64,000 bases of DNA from Balanoglossus misakiensis (lineage: Eukaryota; Animalia; Hemichordata), in contig CM082577.2 in assembly GCA_040954595.2 (NCBI GenBank), positions 13,957,903 to 14,021,902 on the forward strand, written 5' to 3'. A program made the position numbers and the translations under genes. Each line of letters begins with the position of its first letter. Position 1 is the first letter of the stretch. Positions 11,701-25,300 of this stretch are shown in pieces. The notes under the pieces are model-generated. The model searched no databases. It saw only the letters and a program-made list of their open reading frames with translations, and was not told the DNA's origin.

Positions 11701-14700
11701 ATTTTTTACATAGAATGGACTTCACAAACCTTCCTTACCAATTTTTTTATTTAAAGGCACCTATCTCCTAGGGTAATAACTTGTCATCATAGTCACTAAT
11801 TGGTTAGGGTACTTGGAAGTATGACGTAATGATGACGTAATTGATTATTATATCAATATTTTGCAATAATTAGATACTTTACTCAATCAGCTTTCTGTTG
11901 ATACCAAACACATCACAGTTTTCATCAGTACAATTGCTCAGAGACGTGTTTTGCAAAACCTCACATTTATACAAATTATAGGTGAACAGAACACCATTTT
12001 CGTAAGGGTATTTTGACTTATGACGTCACTATGATGTCATGATTTGTCAAATCACTTTAATTTTGTAATTAATGGAAAGCTTGTTTATTAAGCTTTCTTT
12101 TGATACCAAACACTTCCCTGTTGTTCTAGGTATACATTCAGAGAGACAGTATTTTACAAGACTAATTTACCCCCCTACGTCAATTTATATGCACTTTTAG
12201 GCTTTTCTACATACGTTACCCAATATAATTTAGAAGCCAATAACTCGAAAACGCCCCGGTGCCCAGATGGCAAACAAAGTGAATTTTACTCAGTATATGA
12301 TAGGCTTTCAGAAAAACATTGTCTCAAAAATTCCCCCGGGGGGGGGAGGTAAACCCCTACTGGCTCATGGTCTAGTGGTGCTCTTTTTTTCGCGTGTGCC
12401 ACCCACTGAAAATCTGTGATTGGCTGGATCTCAATTTGCCATTGTGACTATAGTTAATTTACCAAATGTGACTGTATACCTTCAAGTTCAGCTTAGAAGT
12501 GAAGAAACCACAGGATTGATGTTGCTTTTTTCATGATTTTTAGTTGTTTTATATAGTTCAAGAATTTTGTCACTTATTTGTGTCAGAATAGATAATAGAG
12601 GGGAGAAGAAAACCACATGTTTGTTGTTGTTGCTGTTTGTTTAGTTTTTTTTTATTGTCAATGAATTTTAGGATTTATTTTTATCATAATACAATGTAGA
12701 TTGTAATTCAAAAGAGAGAGAGCAAGTTATTAGTTCAGTACCATATGCCTCAGCATAATTTAGTTTCAGTACACCAGAAAGTCTCCAAGTTCTACTGTAT
12801 TTCTAATAATTTACCACATTTTGGCCTCATTCAAATTTTCTGCAATCATGTTTATGTTTGTAAGTTAAAGCAACATTATCCATTCTAAGCGAATTATTTG
12901 AATGAGTGTCAATAATGTCACTTGACAAGTTTGTTAATACTGTATCAAATAATTCAGTAAGTCAGCCTGAAGATCAGTACATTTTTTTCACCCATAGCCC
13001 GTTTGCAACAAGTGAATTACACAGCGCAGAGCAGAGCAGTATTGCGTATTTTTTCATTGTCACGTCTCATGTGAGTCCACTTATCTTCAGGAGAATGCCA
13101 TTTCAGCCAGACCTGTGTGTAATAGCAATATTAACATATTAACATGCACGGTCACTTACTGTAATAACTAAAATAGGCTGGAATGGCACAAGCAACTGCT
13201 GGAGAAGTTTACTTCTAGTGATAAGTTTTCACTTTCTGCAATGCCAATTTTGGTATTTGAAGTGAAATGTATTGTATGTATTGTATATTGTATCTATATA
13301 TGTGCATATGCATGCATGTCATGCCTGTATGTCCATCCACATCAGAAACTTGAAAACCAACCAGGCATATCACCTTGATATTTGGTGTGCAGATGCAGGC
13401 CCGGCTGTAGAAGGGATTTTTTTTTTCAAATTGAGTTGTCATTGCCCAAATTATGGAAATCAGGTGGAAAATTATGAAATTGGTCAAAACTCAACAATGA
13501 CTACTTAAGGAAAATTGCTTTGAAAATTGGCATACATGTAGCATATGTGAATCACATACAGTCCTGAATGTTCTGAGGTGATTTCATGATTTTTTTTGTC
13601 TATTTTCACATTATTGGATTTCTCATCAGAAGCATAGGGCAAGGTATGAATTTAGGCAGAATAGTCCATTCAATCGATTGTTGATGTAAACTTCCTTACC
13701 GCTCACCAGTTGTTATCATTGAACAGGTGGTGAAAAGCTTTCTTACCCCTTAGTTTGTTTTCTGTGCAAGACATGTACTATCCTATCATGTACCATGACT
13801 CTTTATTGAATAGGCAGGTCATAAATACATATTAAATTTAACATATTAAATATGACTTCTATCAAACCAATACTACAAGGGCTTGTGTCTGAAGCCCTTG
13901 TACCAGTGTTACTGTGATTAAATTTACTTTCCCTTCTTGCTAAGTGGATAACATGACACTAAAGTGCCATACAAAATGGAGTCCTGCATCACAAATGCCC
14001 AAACTGATTGTGATGTATGGTACATTGTTAGTACACATCTTCCCATAGTTGATCCAGCATGAACTCATTTTGCAAGAAACTTTGTGGTTATGACCTGAAA
14101 CCATACAAAAGTGGTGATCTGGTCGGGGGTAAGAGAAGTCCTCTAATGGGGTCAGAAATGAGTAGGTACTAAGATATGGAGTCGGTAACCTATTCAGACA
14201 AATGAAGTTTCAGTGGCCTAGCTGTCATACCAGTACATCCCCAAGTTAAAGGCCAGAGTCTTAATGGGACATCATGACGGCTACCTTCATGTCATTTCCA
14301 TATCGCATGTTTCTGGTCGATAAACATCCCAGTGTTTGAACTGTTCAAGATGAACCACGCATCCAAACTAAAATTTTACGATTAGCATATACTCTCTCCA
14401 GTCAAAACTAGTTCAAATTAAAAGAAATATATAAATTTTGAGCCAACTTCAAACATACCCCTAGTCATGTCCTCTTCCCAATTTGAACATTTTGCTAGAC
14501 TTTGCTAAAGAAAAGGGACATAATATCAAAAAAAAGTTTTTTTTTAACCCAAAAATGCCACCATTTCCAGGGATCAATAATATATGCAACGCGAACAAAA
14601 GTTCAAAAACTCAGCTTCCAGAATATATATGGTGTATGGGGGTTTTAAAGTTGTCTTTGATGAGAAATAGGCCTCTGAAAAAGTCTCGACGGTTTCATGC

Positions 14701-14951
14701 AATGCCACCTTAATGTCCTTGGGTGATCTAAATGTAAGGGTTCTCAACAACAAGAGACGTATGAAGAGATTGAAAGCCCCATGAGCGACACATTCTAAAC
14801 CATTAAGCTATATTGCTTGTATCAAATTGTCGACTCTCAGCGATGCATACCAAGATACTTGTGTACTTTTTTGTATGGAGGCCGATTAAACAGGTGTGGC
14901 ATACATTTGATACCCTATACCCCTTGTTGAAATTGCAAAATACAGTCACAA

Positions 14952-15922
14952 TAGTCCTGTTTCATAAGTCAGGTCCATGACATATGTACCGACATCTGTG
15001 ATTGGTCCATCTGGTAATCTTAGGTCCACTTGCGGCACGCTGATTGGAGGGACCTTATGTGTTAGGTCTTATCATTATGTATTATTCACTAGACCTTGTA
15101 GGTTAGGTCTTATTACTATGTATTATTCACTTTACAGCTCCTTGATTGGTTAATGTGTAGGTCTGGTCCTCCAGCGTTCACTGCCTCATTATGCAGGACC
15201 TTGTAGGTTAGGTCTTATTAATATGTATTTATTCAATTTTCAGCTCCCTGATTGGTTAATGTGTAGGTCTCCAGGTTTCACTGCCTCGTTATGCAAAGTC
15301 TTTTGTACTTTCTGAATACTGTTGTCGTATTCTGTCTGGCATGCTACCTGCGCGTGGTCGAAGCTCGCGATCGATACCAGTGTATAAAGAAAGGCACTCA
15401 TATAATGATTGGATTTCACCTTTTCCTTCACACTATTCATGGCATTTTATGTGAAACTGTGAACTAGATACTCGAAATAAAAATTGCCAGGAGAAATTTC
15501 GCATTTATTTCCAGTGGCGGTTTGTTGAAATGGGCTAGTGTTTTGTTACGTAATGCCTTTCAGCGCATCACTTCGTGTAACATCTGGCCATACAGACTGA
15601 CACGTTAACCAATCAGGGAGCTGTATGGTGAATAAATACATATTAATAAGACCTAACCTACAAGGTCCTGAATAATGAGGCAGTGAACACTGGAGGACCA
15701 GACCTACACATTAACCAATCAGGGAGCTGTAAAGTGAATAATGCATAGTAATAAGACCTAACCTACAAGGTCTGGTGAATAATACATAGTAATAAGACCT
15801 AACCTACAAGGTCCCTCCAATCAGCGAGCCGCAAGTGGACCTTAGAGAAGCGGATAAACCAATCAGAACATGTAATACGTGTGCATAGGACCTGTAATGT
15901 AGGTCATTTTGAAACAGGACTA
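14952..15922. mobile_element. Foldback MITE with TAG...CTA ends and internal inverted sub-repeats
   Basis: TAGTCCTGTTTCA ... TGAAACAGGACTA. GACCTTGTAGGTTAGGTCTTATTA repeats at 15050-15240 are mirrored at 15630-15815. No clean TSD. Confidence 0.7.
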
Positions 15923-16129
15923 ATTGGACATCGATGAGATGTTCATGTCTGTCAGTAAGGTAATTTAAATGATGAATCCCAGTTGAAAAGTAAAATCATA
16001 AAAAATAAACCAAAAAGTGGTAGCTCTTGGGCTTTTAAAGACTGTGTATTATAGAATCAAACATTTTGAGATCTTTTATTTGGCAAACAGACTCAGTATT
16101 GGTGAATGCTGTGTTGATTTTAAAGCATA

Positions 16130-16570
16130 GTGGTGGATTCACAAGAGAGGTCACCCTGTTTTGGAATTAGGTGATGGTGGTCACCTTGGGGGGGGGGGGT
16201 GTCACCCACTTTTCCATGTGGTCACCTGGGAGTCACCCTTATTTTCCATATTCGATGAGGGGGGGGGGGTTAATCACTTTTTGACGGTTACAGTATTGCA
16301 GAATGCGGTGTTGCTTCTATCGCATAGTGCATGTATCATCACAATCAATGTTAGGAACTGGTCAGTCTGTTCGGCCTGGGGTGGTGGATTCGTAGGAGAG
16401 GTCACCTTGTTTTGGAATTGGGTGATGGCGGTCACTGAGGGGTCACCCTTATGTTCCATGTTCAATGAGGGGGGGGGGGGGTCAGTCACTTTTTGACCGT
16501 TACAATTTACAGTATTACATAATGCCGTGTTGCTTCTACCGCATACCGATAGTGTGTGTATCATGACGAT
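16130..16570. repeat. Diverged tandem duplication (about 210-250 bp unit) with poly-G runs
   Basis: GTGGTGGATTC..AGAGGTCACC..TTTTGGAATT at 16130 and 16381; TCACTTTTTGAC..GTTAC..GTGTTGCTTCTA twice. Confidence 0.7.
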
Positions 16571-16579
16571 AATCTTTAC

Positions 16580-16930
16580 AGCGCCGGCCCTGATAGGGAT
16601 TTGCGGCCCGAGGTCGTACGGCGGAAGCGCCTATCGGAGATGAACTCTGTTGATAAAACTCTGACCATGAGTCATTTTGCGGATCACAGCTCGGATACTT
16701 TGAGCCAATCAGAGCAGAGTATTTTAGCCCAATCAGAGGCCCAGTAATCATCCAATGGCGTATCTTTTATTCCTGCCAAAACAAAATTTGTTAAGTTGTA
16801 CAGCTGCGTCTCGCTCCTGTAATTTCCCCTGCCATCCCTTCAGAACCTTGCTCATAATTCACCCCAGACGTATAGTACGTCACAGCGCCCGACCGCCTTA
16901 CGACCGAGGTTTGTAGTGCAACATCGAGCT
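16580..16930. promoter_or_regulatory. CpG-rich candidate promoter with three tandem CCAAT boxes, possibly for the left minus-strand gene
   Basis: AGCCAATCAG (~16703), GCCCAATCAG (~16727) and TCCAATGGCG (~16751), about 24 bp apart, in locally CpG-rich sequence. Confidence 0.35.
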
Positions 16931-18619
16931 GTAGCCATAAACAAATGATGAACTATCGCTGATTATTTATGAAATCTCCTAACTATAGTCGTCATGTTCG
17001 CTCTCGAAATCATGCCACCAGTCGGGAAAAATGACGTACTTCACGTAAAGTTTATAAAAGAATAAACCAATTTCCACTGCAATGTATCCCAAAACCATTA
17101 ATGTGACAGGATTTTAAAAATAACGATAATTTCGGCATACAAAAAACATGTCACAATTCCCTACATTTGATTTTAATCAGATTGGGTGAGCTCTGACTTG
17201 CCGTTTTATCAGATAAAATTGATAATATCGTTTAACTTATAATTTAGAGTCTAATATTAGACTGGGGAGGTCTTGCCGTTTTATCGAATAACATCATATA
17301 AAATCGATAATATCGTCTAAATTCTAATACTACACCACAGCCCTACACAAGGATGGCGTCCAACTCTCTGTCAGCCAATTAGCGCTTGTATGCAAACTGT
17401 CCTGGGGGTGTAAACAAAGAGAAAGACAAAGCTGACATCATGTTACTGTTCTTGTGATGAAAGTTGGTCATTCGACATTCTACGTGTACATGTATATGGG
17501 GAGGGGGAGAGCGGGTTGGAAAAGAAATGGCCGAAAATGTTTAATAGAAACAAACGTGATGAATTAAGTAACTAATTAAACGTAAAATTTCATAGTAATA
17601 TATATATAGTCACTAATTACCAGGCAATGAGACTATAAAACATTGTTCTGCGAATATGAAATAAATATTCCATCATGGTTGGGTGCGAGATATGCAGTGC
17701 ACCCCTTCGTGGAGTATCAAATGGTTCAATTGTTGTAACAATATATAGTGGCGTCAGAGCTTTAGCCACGCCCACATTTTATTGATTTTGCTCGGTAGGG
17801 CCCTACCGAGCGGTGGGGGTTTAAAAGCAGGCGCGGTATATAACGCATGCTGACAGGAGAAGGGGAGAGGGCAGAGAATCACTATAGTAAACTTAGTGAA
17901 CATCATATCTGTACAATGGATCGAGCCATTTTTTCATTATTTTCATTTATTCACTGAGAACTCCTGCATGGATCTTAAATAGATCACAGATAAAGTCTGT
18001 GAATAAATACAGTAGGCATGCTTTAGAATCCTACTGGCATTTATTGAAATGATCAATGTACACTTGCAAAGAACGGACGGACTTGCGAAGAGCTCGTTTA
18101 AAACGTCGTTGTCTTACTTAGAGATAACAAATAATAACATCACTTTGACATCTCGGTCTGTAGACAAAAATTCAGTAACGTAGAAACATCCATTTAATAT
18201 ATCTATATTACAATGATGAAATAATTAATGGTCTATTTACAATAATCTCACTGTACAAGGAGACGGAAAGTTTCATTCGTCAAATTCCAAATTCTTCGAA
18301 GACTGTAGTCAAACTCTCGGCATGCCTATTATCTCATCAATATATACCGGTAGCACAATTTCTGAATTAGTCTTAGAGTTTGACTTCAGAATTTATATTC
18401 AAAGAAACGACGAAACCAATTGATATAGTGGTCTTGTAAAATTGGGACGCTTGACTCTTATAACTTGAGCTCCAGTCGTTATATTTTGGTTCTGGTCTTA
18501 GAGCAGCCATATCTAACATGTACCCACCAGCGTTCCATCCAGAATGGCATCAGCAGGGGGATATGTCCCCAGCTTTCCCAGAATATTTGGGAGGGGATTC
18601 AACTCTGACAATGGGGATG

Positions 18620-19491
18620 TAGTCTGGTACCCTGCCCCAATCCCACCGCTGGCTGCGCTACGATAAAGGGAAAGGGGTCAGGTACGGCCCGATTTCACAC
18701 CCTGAAACCTGGGAAGACCACGTGATCATAAACAAGATGGATGCCTCCAATGTCCGTACGCCAGCCAAGATTCATCCACGCAGTTTATTTTGTTTCGTTT
18801 GTTGTAAAGTTGGAAATCGAATGATAAACATTCATGGAGGTAAAGGAGAGAACGGGAAATGAGTATCTTACAGGCACGTAAGCTGCAACTGGATAAAAAA
18901 TTAAAGTTTTAAGTAATCTCATATATGCTTTTAATTATGTCTATTAAATGATATTTCATGATAATATATCAAGCTCAACACTTATTTATGACAAAATGGC
19001 CAAAAATTAAAGAAACACGAAAATTCCATCAATTTAAAAAAAAGTGCAATATTGCAATGAAAAATTAAAATCTGATGTCTCAGTGGTGTACATTTATTTC
19101 CATGAGCTCAAGTGGATGAGATCATGTTTTGTTTATGAAGTTTCATAACCTGAAATGCATCATTTTCATTGTTTCTTGCATTTTCCCACGGTGGCGGCCA
19201 TAATCGCTTGCGGCAAAGCTTTATTATTTATCTGGTTAAAACTTGCATATGCACTCATATTTAGGGTTTATAATGCTTGTGTATAGTTCACTGCCTTCAT
19301 CTGCATGGACTAATAGTAGTGAAGTTTGAAACAGAAATTATGAAAATTATCCCAAAAGTTACAGCTTACGTGCCTCTAACAACTTAATGTTCGTATGTAT
19401 CTACCAACGAGAGCCATGTTTACAATAGGCCTGACCCTTTCCCTTTAGCGTAGCGCAGACAGCGGTGGGATTGGGGCAGGGAACCAGACTA
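18620..19491. mobile_element. Non-autonomous DNA transposon with TAG...CTA ends and about 9-bp TSD (AcademH-like)
   Basis: About 65-bp TIR TAGTCTGGTACCCTGCCCCAATCCCACCGCT... / ...AGCGGTGGGATTGGGGCAGGGAACCAGACTA; flanks ATGGGGATG and GGGGGGATG. Confidence 0.75.
18871..19374. mobile_element. Nested MITE (Kolobok-like) inside 18620-19491
   Basis: TIR AGGCACGTAAGCTGCAACT ... AGTTACAGCTTACGTGCCT; flanks TTAC / CTAA (degenerate TTAA). Confidence 0.6.
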
Positions 19492-19917
19492 GGGGGGATG
19501 TAATTTCTCTAGCATGTGAGTGACGTCATTTTAAGGGGCACTGATCTGCTAGGCAGTCTGATTTCAGGGTACCTAATTTACATGCATTTGCATACAATCA
19601 TTTCAAATGAACAGCGCCCCGTGCTTAAGTATGCGTCCGTTAGGATTTTTTCCCGAGGTACCGATAATCTCACTTTTCCAGCTTAATACTGCGTTAGAAG
19701 AATTGTAGGGAGTGCCAATATGTCAACAGGGGTACCCCCCCCCCTCTTCCCGGTCCCAGTCTAGATGAAACAATCAACCTACTACTTCAGTATTGGAGAT
19801 TTACTTTCCGCCGTGGCGTAGTGACAATCCATTATCCTGTACATGGTGATTGTCATAAAACTATACAGTTCAAAAGAACATTTATTGACTTTACATTATT
19901 TAAATGTTAAGAAATTC

Positions 19918-20051
19918 TAGTCTCGCCACTTCGCTTGTGCGCCACTGGCGGTATGACAAGGCGAGGCGCGAAGCTCCTCCAGCCTCAGATCACTCGCCGC
20001 TCACGTCCTAACTTTGCACTGGCGAAGGGACGAGGTCTGGAATCGAGACTT
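19918..20051. mobile_element. Tiny GC-rich TAG-ended element (AcademH-like MITE)
   Basis: TAGTCTCG ... CGAGACT; flanks AAGAAATTC / AAGAAAGTTC (imperfect 9-10 bp TSD). Confidence 0.55.
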
Positions 20052-22104
20052 AAGAAAGTTCAAGTAGTCTTGACAGAAAGTGAACATCATAGACAATGTG
20101 TGATTCTAGTCGCAGGATGCAAAATGGAGCAATGACCACTTTAAATACATATACCGGTAGGTACAATTCCCAATACAATAATTATTAACTTTGACTGGGT
20201 TTCCCACTACAATATAAAACACAAACATGTTCTTGGTCACTTCACACAAAAATTATTTTCATTATTAATTTACAGAGCATTGGATTGTTTGTATACGATA
20301 TTAAACAACTGAGACATCCGATGTGTATCTGATGCGAGGAGAGAGACAACGAGAGGTTGCTATCACCACAGTGTGGAATGTCAATAACATGAAATGTATT
20401 CGCAACTAGAAACTAGATGAATATATTTTGAGTGTGCACGGACAATCTGTTTGTTCTTCATCCTATTGGGACGTCTCGCCAAATTCACTGCAGTAATTTG
20501 AACTGTGAAAGGCTCTCTCGTCCTCTTTCAACTCAAACAACAATATCGCATTCTGGTTTACCCGGAAGTGCAAAAGACGCGCCGAATAAAATGAAAATAT
20601 GACTGGGGACATGGCTGTACATGAATCCTGCATTGACTTAAACAGAGAGGAATTCCTGGCTCTAAGTGTCGACTGTAAGATGATATGTAGATACATAGCT
20701 ATTCGCACACGGCAGACGTTTATAATGGAGTAGGCCCGCTACCTATGTTTGAAAACACGTGTGTTGAAAAGTATTCATTCCATAATTCTTTATCACGGGA
20801 GTTATTAAAGTATACATCGACCACAACTGCATGATGCATTTATTGGTCACATGTCTACATCAAAGCATACTTAATCATTTCCCACTAAACATCTCAAACT
20901 GACACAGCTGTAAAATAGCAACCATAAATGCTCCATGTGAGGTAACCTGACGCGCAGACACTTGTATTGCACAATGACGTAAGTTTTTTTTAACTGAGAT
21001 GACGTCATCACATTATTTTCAAAGCAGTCTCAATATTATGCTGTTCTGATTCATTAACACGAATACAAAATACAAAATATTTTACACACACGTTTTATCA
21101 CTTAATTTTAAAATGTCGATTGTACATTTAAATTTATGTAATAATATTTAAAGGGCTTAAATTTATGTAGGCCTAAACTACAGGATTATGCAATAGTCTG
21201 ACTTACTATACATAATCCGTCAAGCAAAATTATTTTTTTCCAAAAGATATTGTGAATAACCGACATACATTTTTCTTTTAAACTATCACTTAGCAATGAC
21301 GTATTACTGCCTTGATATGTTGACAGAAATCGATTAAATTCTGCGTTTTTACCTGAAGCTCTCTATACACGTTGCAACTACTTTTGTTGATAAGTCGAAT
21401 TTTGGTTGTGATATGAGTACACTAATGTCGTTTTTATATTCTGCAAAGGCGATACATGGCATTTTAGGTTTTGCTGTACAATTTATTAGTATGTTATTTT
21501 AATTGTTCAGTCATGTCTGTAACAACACAGTATTTACTTGAACTATCTACATGGTTCCGACTTTAATGTCTAAAATAAAGTCCAGTGATTCAAAAAGTAT
21601 GACATTGTTTGGTGAGACGTGGTGGAATATATATATAGGATTGATCCAACAAGACACTAGTCGACATGGAAACGATTTGACATGATTTGTGAACACGACT
21701 GAACGTATAAGGTTCCTGCATCACCGGTGTACATGGAATGTTGATCATCTCTTGTCATGTGTGCACAAAACGTCAGGCCACCATTATCGAAACATTACTG
21801 AATGCAACAATCGTCAGTTGACTACAAAAAAATTATGATACATATTTTGCATTTTGGAAATAATCCGACTTTGTTACAGCGATAGTTAATGTAAATGTAC
21901 AACTCTTTAATTAAATTAAAAAGATATTGCTGTTTGTGGTGAAATATTATATCTTGTGACTAATGATTTTTTTTATTTACAAAGACAGTCCGAATGACCA
22001 AACACAAAGATTTTTAAATGATTAGGATAATCTTTTATTCGTTTTTTTTTATCCGGTAGATCATACGATACTCTAACCTTGAATTAGTCTGCGTTTTTTC
22101 TCTC

Positions 22105-22334
22105 TCATGATGTTGTCAAGGCAGTCTTTGTCTTCTTTGTAGATTTGCTGTTTTTCAACGAGATCGCCATGGTCCACTCCTTGCCCTCATGTTGTTGTGT
22201 GACGTCAATATCACCGTAATGACGTAGTACAAAACCAACCAATCGATCCACGCTGCGAAGAAATGCCTCTTCACAGAAATCATTGCTGCTCGTAGAGGTG
22301 TCCACTTTCGGAGACTCTGGGCCTTGGATTTTAA
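22105..22334 (-). CDS. Polycystin gene terminal exon (cytoplasmic tail)
   Basis: Acceptor ttctcccttccaccag|; VKIQGPESPKVDTSTSSNDFCEEAF...ALTTS*. Confidence 0.7.
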
Positions 22335-25300
22335 CTGGTGGAAGGGAGAAAGAAAGATTTTATCGTCACCTGTTTGCATGGAATGTCGTCTTGGTTTTGC
22401 TTTAGTCGACGTCTCGCTCTTTCTCTCGCCAACGCGATACCTACTCCCTGCCTCCCGCCCCCTCCCTCTCCTCTTTCTCCCTCCCCTCCTCTCCCTCCCC
22501 TCCTCTCCCTCCCTCTCCCCTATCTCCAGTGCTTCGTACCATTGCGAACAACTTGTTCGAGACCAATTTGAGATTTCCACGAAACTGACATTGAAACACC
22601 GTCGATGTATTGCAACCCGCATACAACAGAATGGGAAATGGGAAAAATGCCTGCTCACCTTTAGGTATTTTGTGGCGTGTGACTGCTGACCCACTGTTCC
22701 TGGTCATGCCCACAAATGTGAGGAAGCGTCTCCAGATGAACTCCACTATCTCATACTCGTTGGACTGTCGACTGATGTCATTCTTCACCGCGTGGATACT
22801 CTGATTGAGGATGGTGAGGAACATGTTCATCAGAATCCAGTAGAGACACAGTATGAAGAAGAAAAAGAAGATCTTACTGAATACCCGATTGATCTCGTTG
22901 AGGGCGTGGTAGTCGAATCTGCCGAGCATCATGGATATCTGAGTTGCCATGGTGATGCTCAACGTGGCGTAGTCCATCAGGGCCCTGCCGAAGACCAAGT
23001 AGAAGACTTGGCAATACGCCACGAAGACGATGATCCAGATGACGCTGAAGTACAGCAGATCTCGGAAGCAGTTTTTTAGTGTCATTCCCAACATGGACAT
23101 TCGCTTGTTGAATCGCAGCAACTTCAGGAATTTGAGAACGGCGATGAAGAGGGTCATGGCAAGGAACCAAGTGAAGATATTGTCCCAGTATGCAAGGTGT
23201 TGAAAGTTGACGAATTTAGCTGACGAGAAAAGAAACGGAGGGATGTAATTTTCTTCAAAAAGTTTACGGGCTGTGCGACACTGAAGCGCGCTGCAAGATT
23301 GTCGAGGTTTGCATCAAAAGTGAAAATCACTTGATGTACGGATAGGTGTGATAGAAACGCTAAACGTCCCAAAGAATTATATTGAGAATTAAGATTTACT
23401 TCTACTGTTTTATCACATAACTGAGCGAATTTAAATCAAATTCAGTGGTCGAATAAAATGGTCACCGGGCTCAATTTTCAGAGAGACTTCGTTAAAGTTT
23501 TCACTCATAGAAAATAAACCATTGGAGAAAAAATGGCGACCCTTCATTTGTTTATATGGATTTAAGATCTTAAAAAAGAGAATCCTAAAATCCACACCTA
23601 AAAGAAATTAAGTACCCTTTTTACAGATCGCATATCTTTCACTAAAGTAACTGCCTAATATACTCACTGTGATCCGTGTGAACATGGGTTAACGCCAGGG
23701 TTGTAAATATTTGCCTGAGGGCGTACATGGCAATGACGACGATGGCAAACACGATCAAGACCATTTCAAGACAGTTCCAGAAACTCTTGAAGTACCGCTT
23801 CTTCTCTTTACGAATTTTCATCAGTTCATGGATCATAAAGTACACCACGAAGACCACGTAGACAAGCTGTGCCAAGATGACAAATATGGCTGCCAGGCCA
23901 ACGTAGTTGTACAGTCGAAAGGTGGAAATGTTGGGCGAAAGCAGACCGCCGCCAACGGTCGGTAGCTCGATCAGAAAGGTCACCAGACTGAACAGGTTAA
24001 CATTAGCGTTGTAGACCGTCAGTTCGACGAATATTGCCCTGGTGTATTTGTCGTACCAAGAGTTATTCCTCAAGTAGTCGATCAGTTCAAAGGATTTCTC
24101 CATGGTGCTTCCCAAGGTAGCCACGTAGCCTCCTCCGCCGTAGAGAGTTTGGTAACCCAGCACTGGCAATCCGTTCAACTCGCTGGCTGTGTGATAGATC
24201 CACGGAGAGTCTTCACCAGTCGGGATCGATGTGGAATTTTGTCCAGTGAGATTGAGGGGTATCCAGCCAACATCAAAATGCCCAATCTCTTCGTTACCGT
24301 ATATCTCGTAGTCAACGGAGCAGCGCGGAACGACGGCGCCCATGGGATCTACAATATCACATTTTTCTGGAAAAATTAAAAAAAAACATCACAGGCAACC
24401 GCCACAGTTACACCTTCAGTTTTTAAGTGACGTTATTCAATACAACTAAGAAGGAACAGGAAAATAACGCGGCCAAATGACGTTGGGATAAGTTTTAGTG
24501 GGTATATCATTTTTGATGGAAACACGTTCAGAATATTATACAGAAAATAATTTTTTAAATCCTACTCTGAGATAAACATGGAATTTGTGTTTTTTTAAAA
24601 ACATTACCTGGTGAAACACGGAGTTGTCGAAATCTGGCCGGACCTACTCTGTAAGACTCTCTGTTTTTGATAAATCGTTTGTGTCTCCAGTGCATTTTCT
24701 GTCCATTGTAGTATTCCTCCGAGTAGAGGCCGGGAATCATCGCTTCTTCCATCCAATCCCAGAAGACATTTGGGGAGGTCTAAAGAATGAAGAGGTTCAA
24801 ATTTGGTCAAGTTGACTTTCAAACGAGAGTGGCATCTTGTAGTTTAAGCATGACAGTGTAACAAGATGTGATTTATGTTTTGTGTTTGAAATCTGACCCG
24901 TTCATAAATTCCCTGTCAGTGAAATTAGGGAAATCTTTGGATAATGAATACGCATTGGATGAATGGCAAGTGTATTTGTCCGCTATAGGCATGTGCCAAC
25001 CGGAGGACGTTTCACAGGTCAAATTAATTTACATCATGCATGCGGCATCTGTTCTTTGACATCAACCGCGAAGTTGCGGATAGATTATTTCCTGCTCAAT
25101 ACACCAGGCCCTGTTTGCCAAACTCCCATTTGACAATTCTTCACTGAAGTCACAGTTCACTGGAAGACTTAACTTCCCGCCATTTTGTGACGCGGTGTCT
25201 TTTGACCTCTTGGTCCGCTGATACTGTGGTGTATATCATTGACATGATTTTCTATACACGTAAAGCGCGTGAACAAATAGGTTTGCTTATAAAAAACAAC

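Larger units (their letters stand above)
5288..12374. mobile_element. Non-autonomous foldback DNA transposon, Academ-like (copy 1), 7,087 bp, carrying a Ngaro-like insert
   Basis: Ends TAGACCATGAGCCAGTAGGGG...CCCCTACTGGCTCATGGTCTA; 3-bp TSD GTG (5285-5287 / 12375-12377). Inverted arms of about 1.16 kb (5288-5700 + 8932-9679) and 1.5 kb (10876-12374). No transposase ORF. TAG..CTA ends with a 3-bp TSD fit my recollection of the Academ superfamily. Confidence 0.88.
5207..12481. mobile_element. Short TTAA-flanked MITE (Kolobok-like, about 190 bp) split by the 7.1-kb element
   Basis: TTAA-AGGTATACAGTCAC at 5203-5220 and GTGACTGTATACCT-TCAA at 12468-12485: perfect 14-bp TIR, right TTAA degenerate. 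Confidence 0.7.

Noticed and set aside
17760-17890. GC box plus TATA as a promoter
   Set aside because: Motifs are present but no downstream exon or ORF could be linked.
22441-22658. Gly/Glu/Arg-rich C-terminus of the 238-aa ORF
   Set aside because: Lies past a good donor (AAG|GTGAGC at 22659) and runs into an intronic purine tract; the true tail is probably exon 22334-22105.
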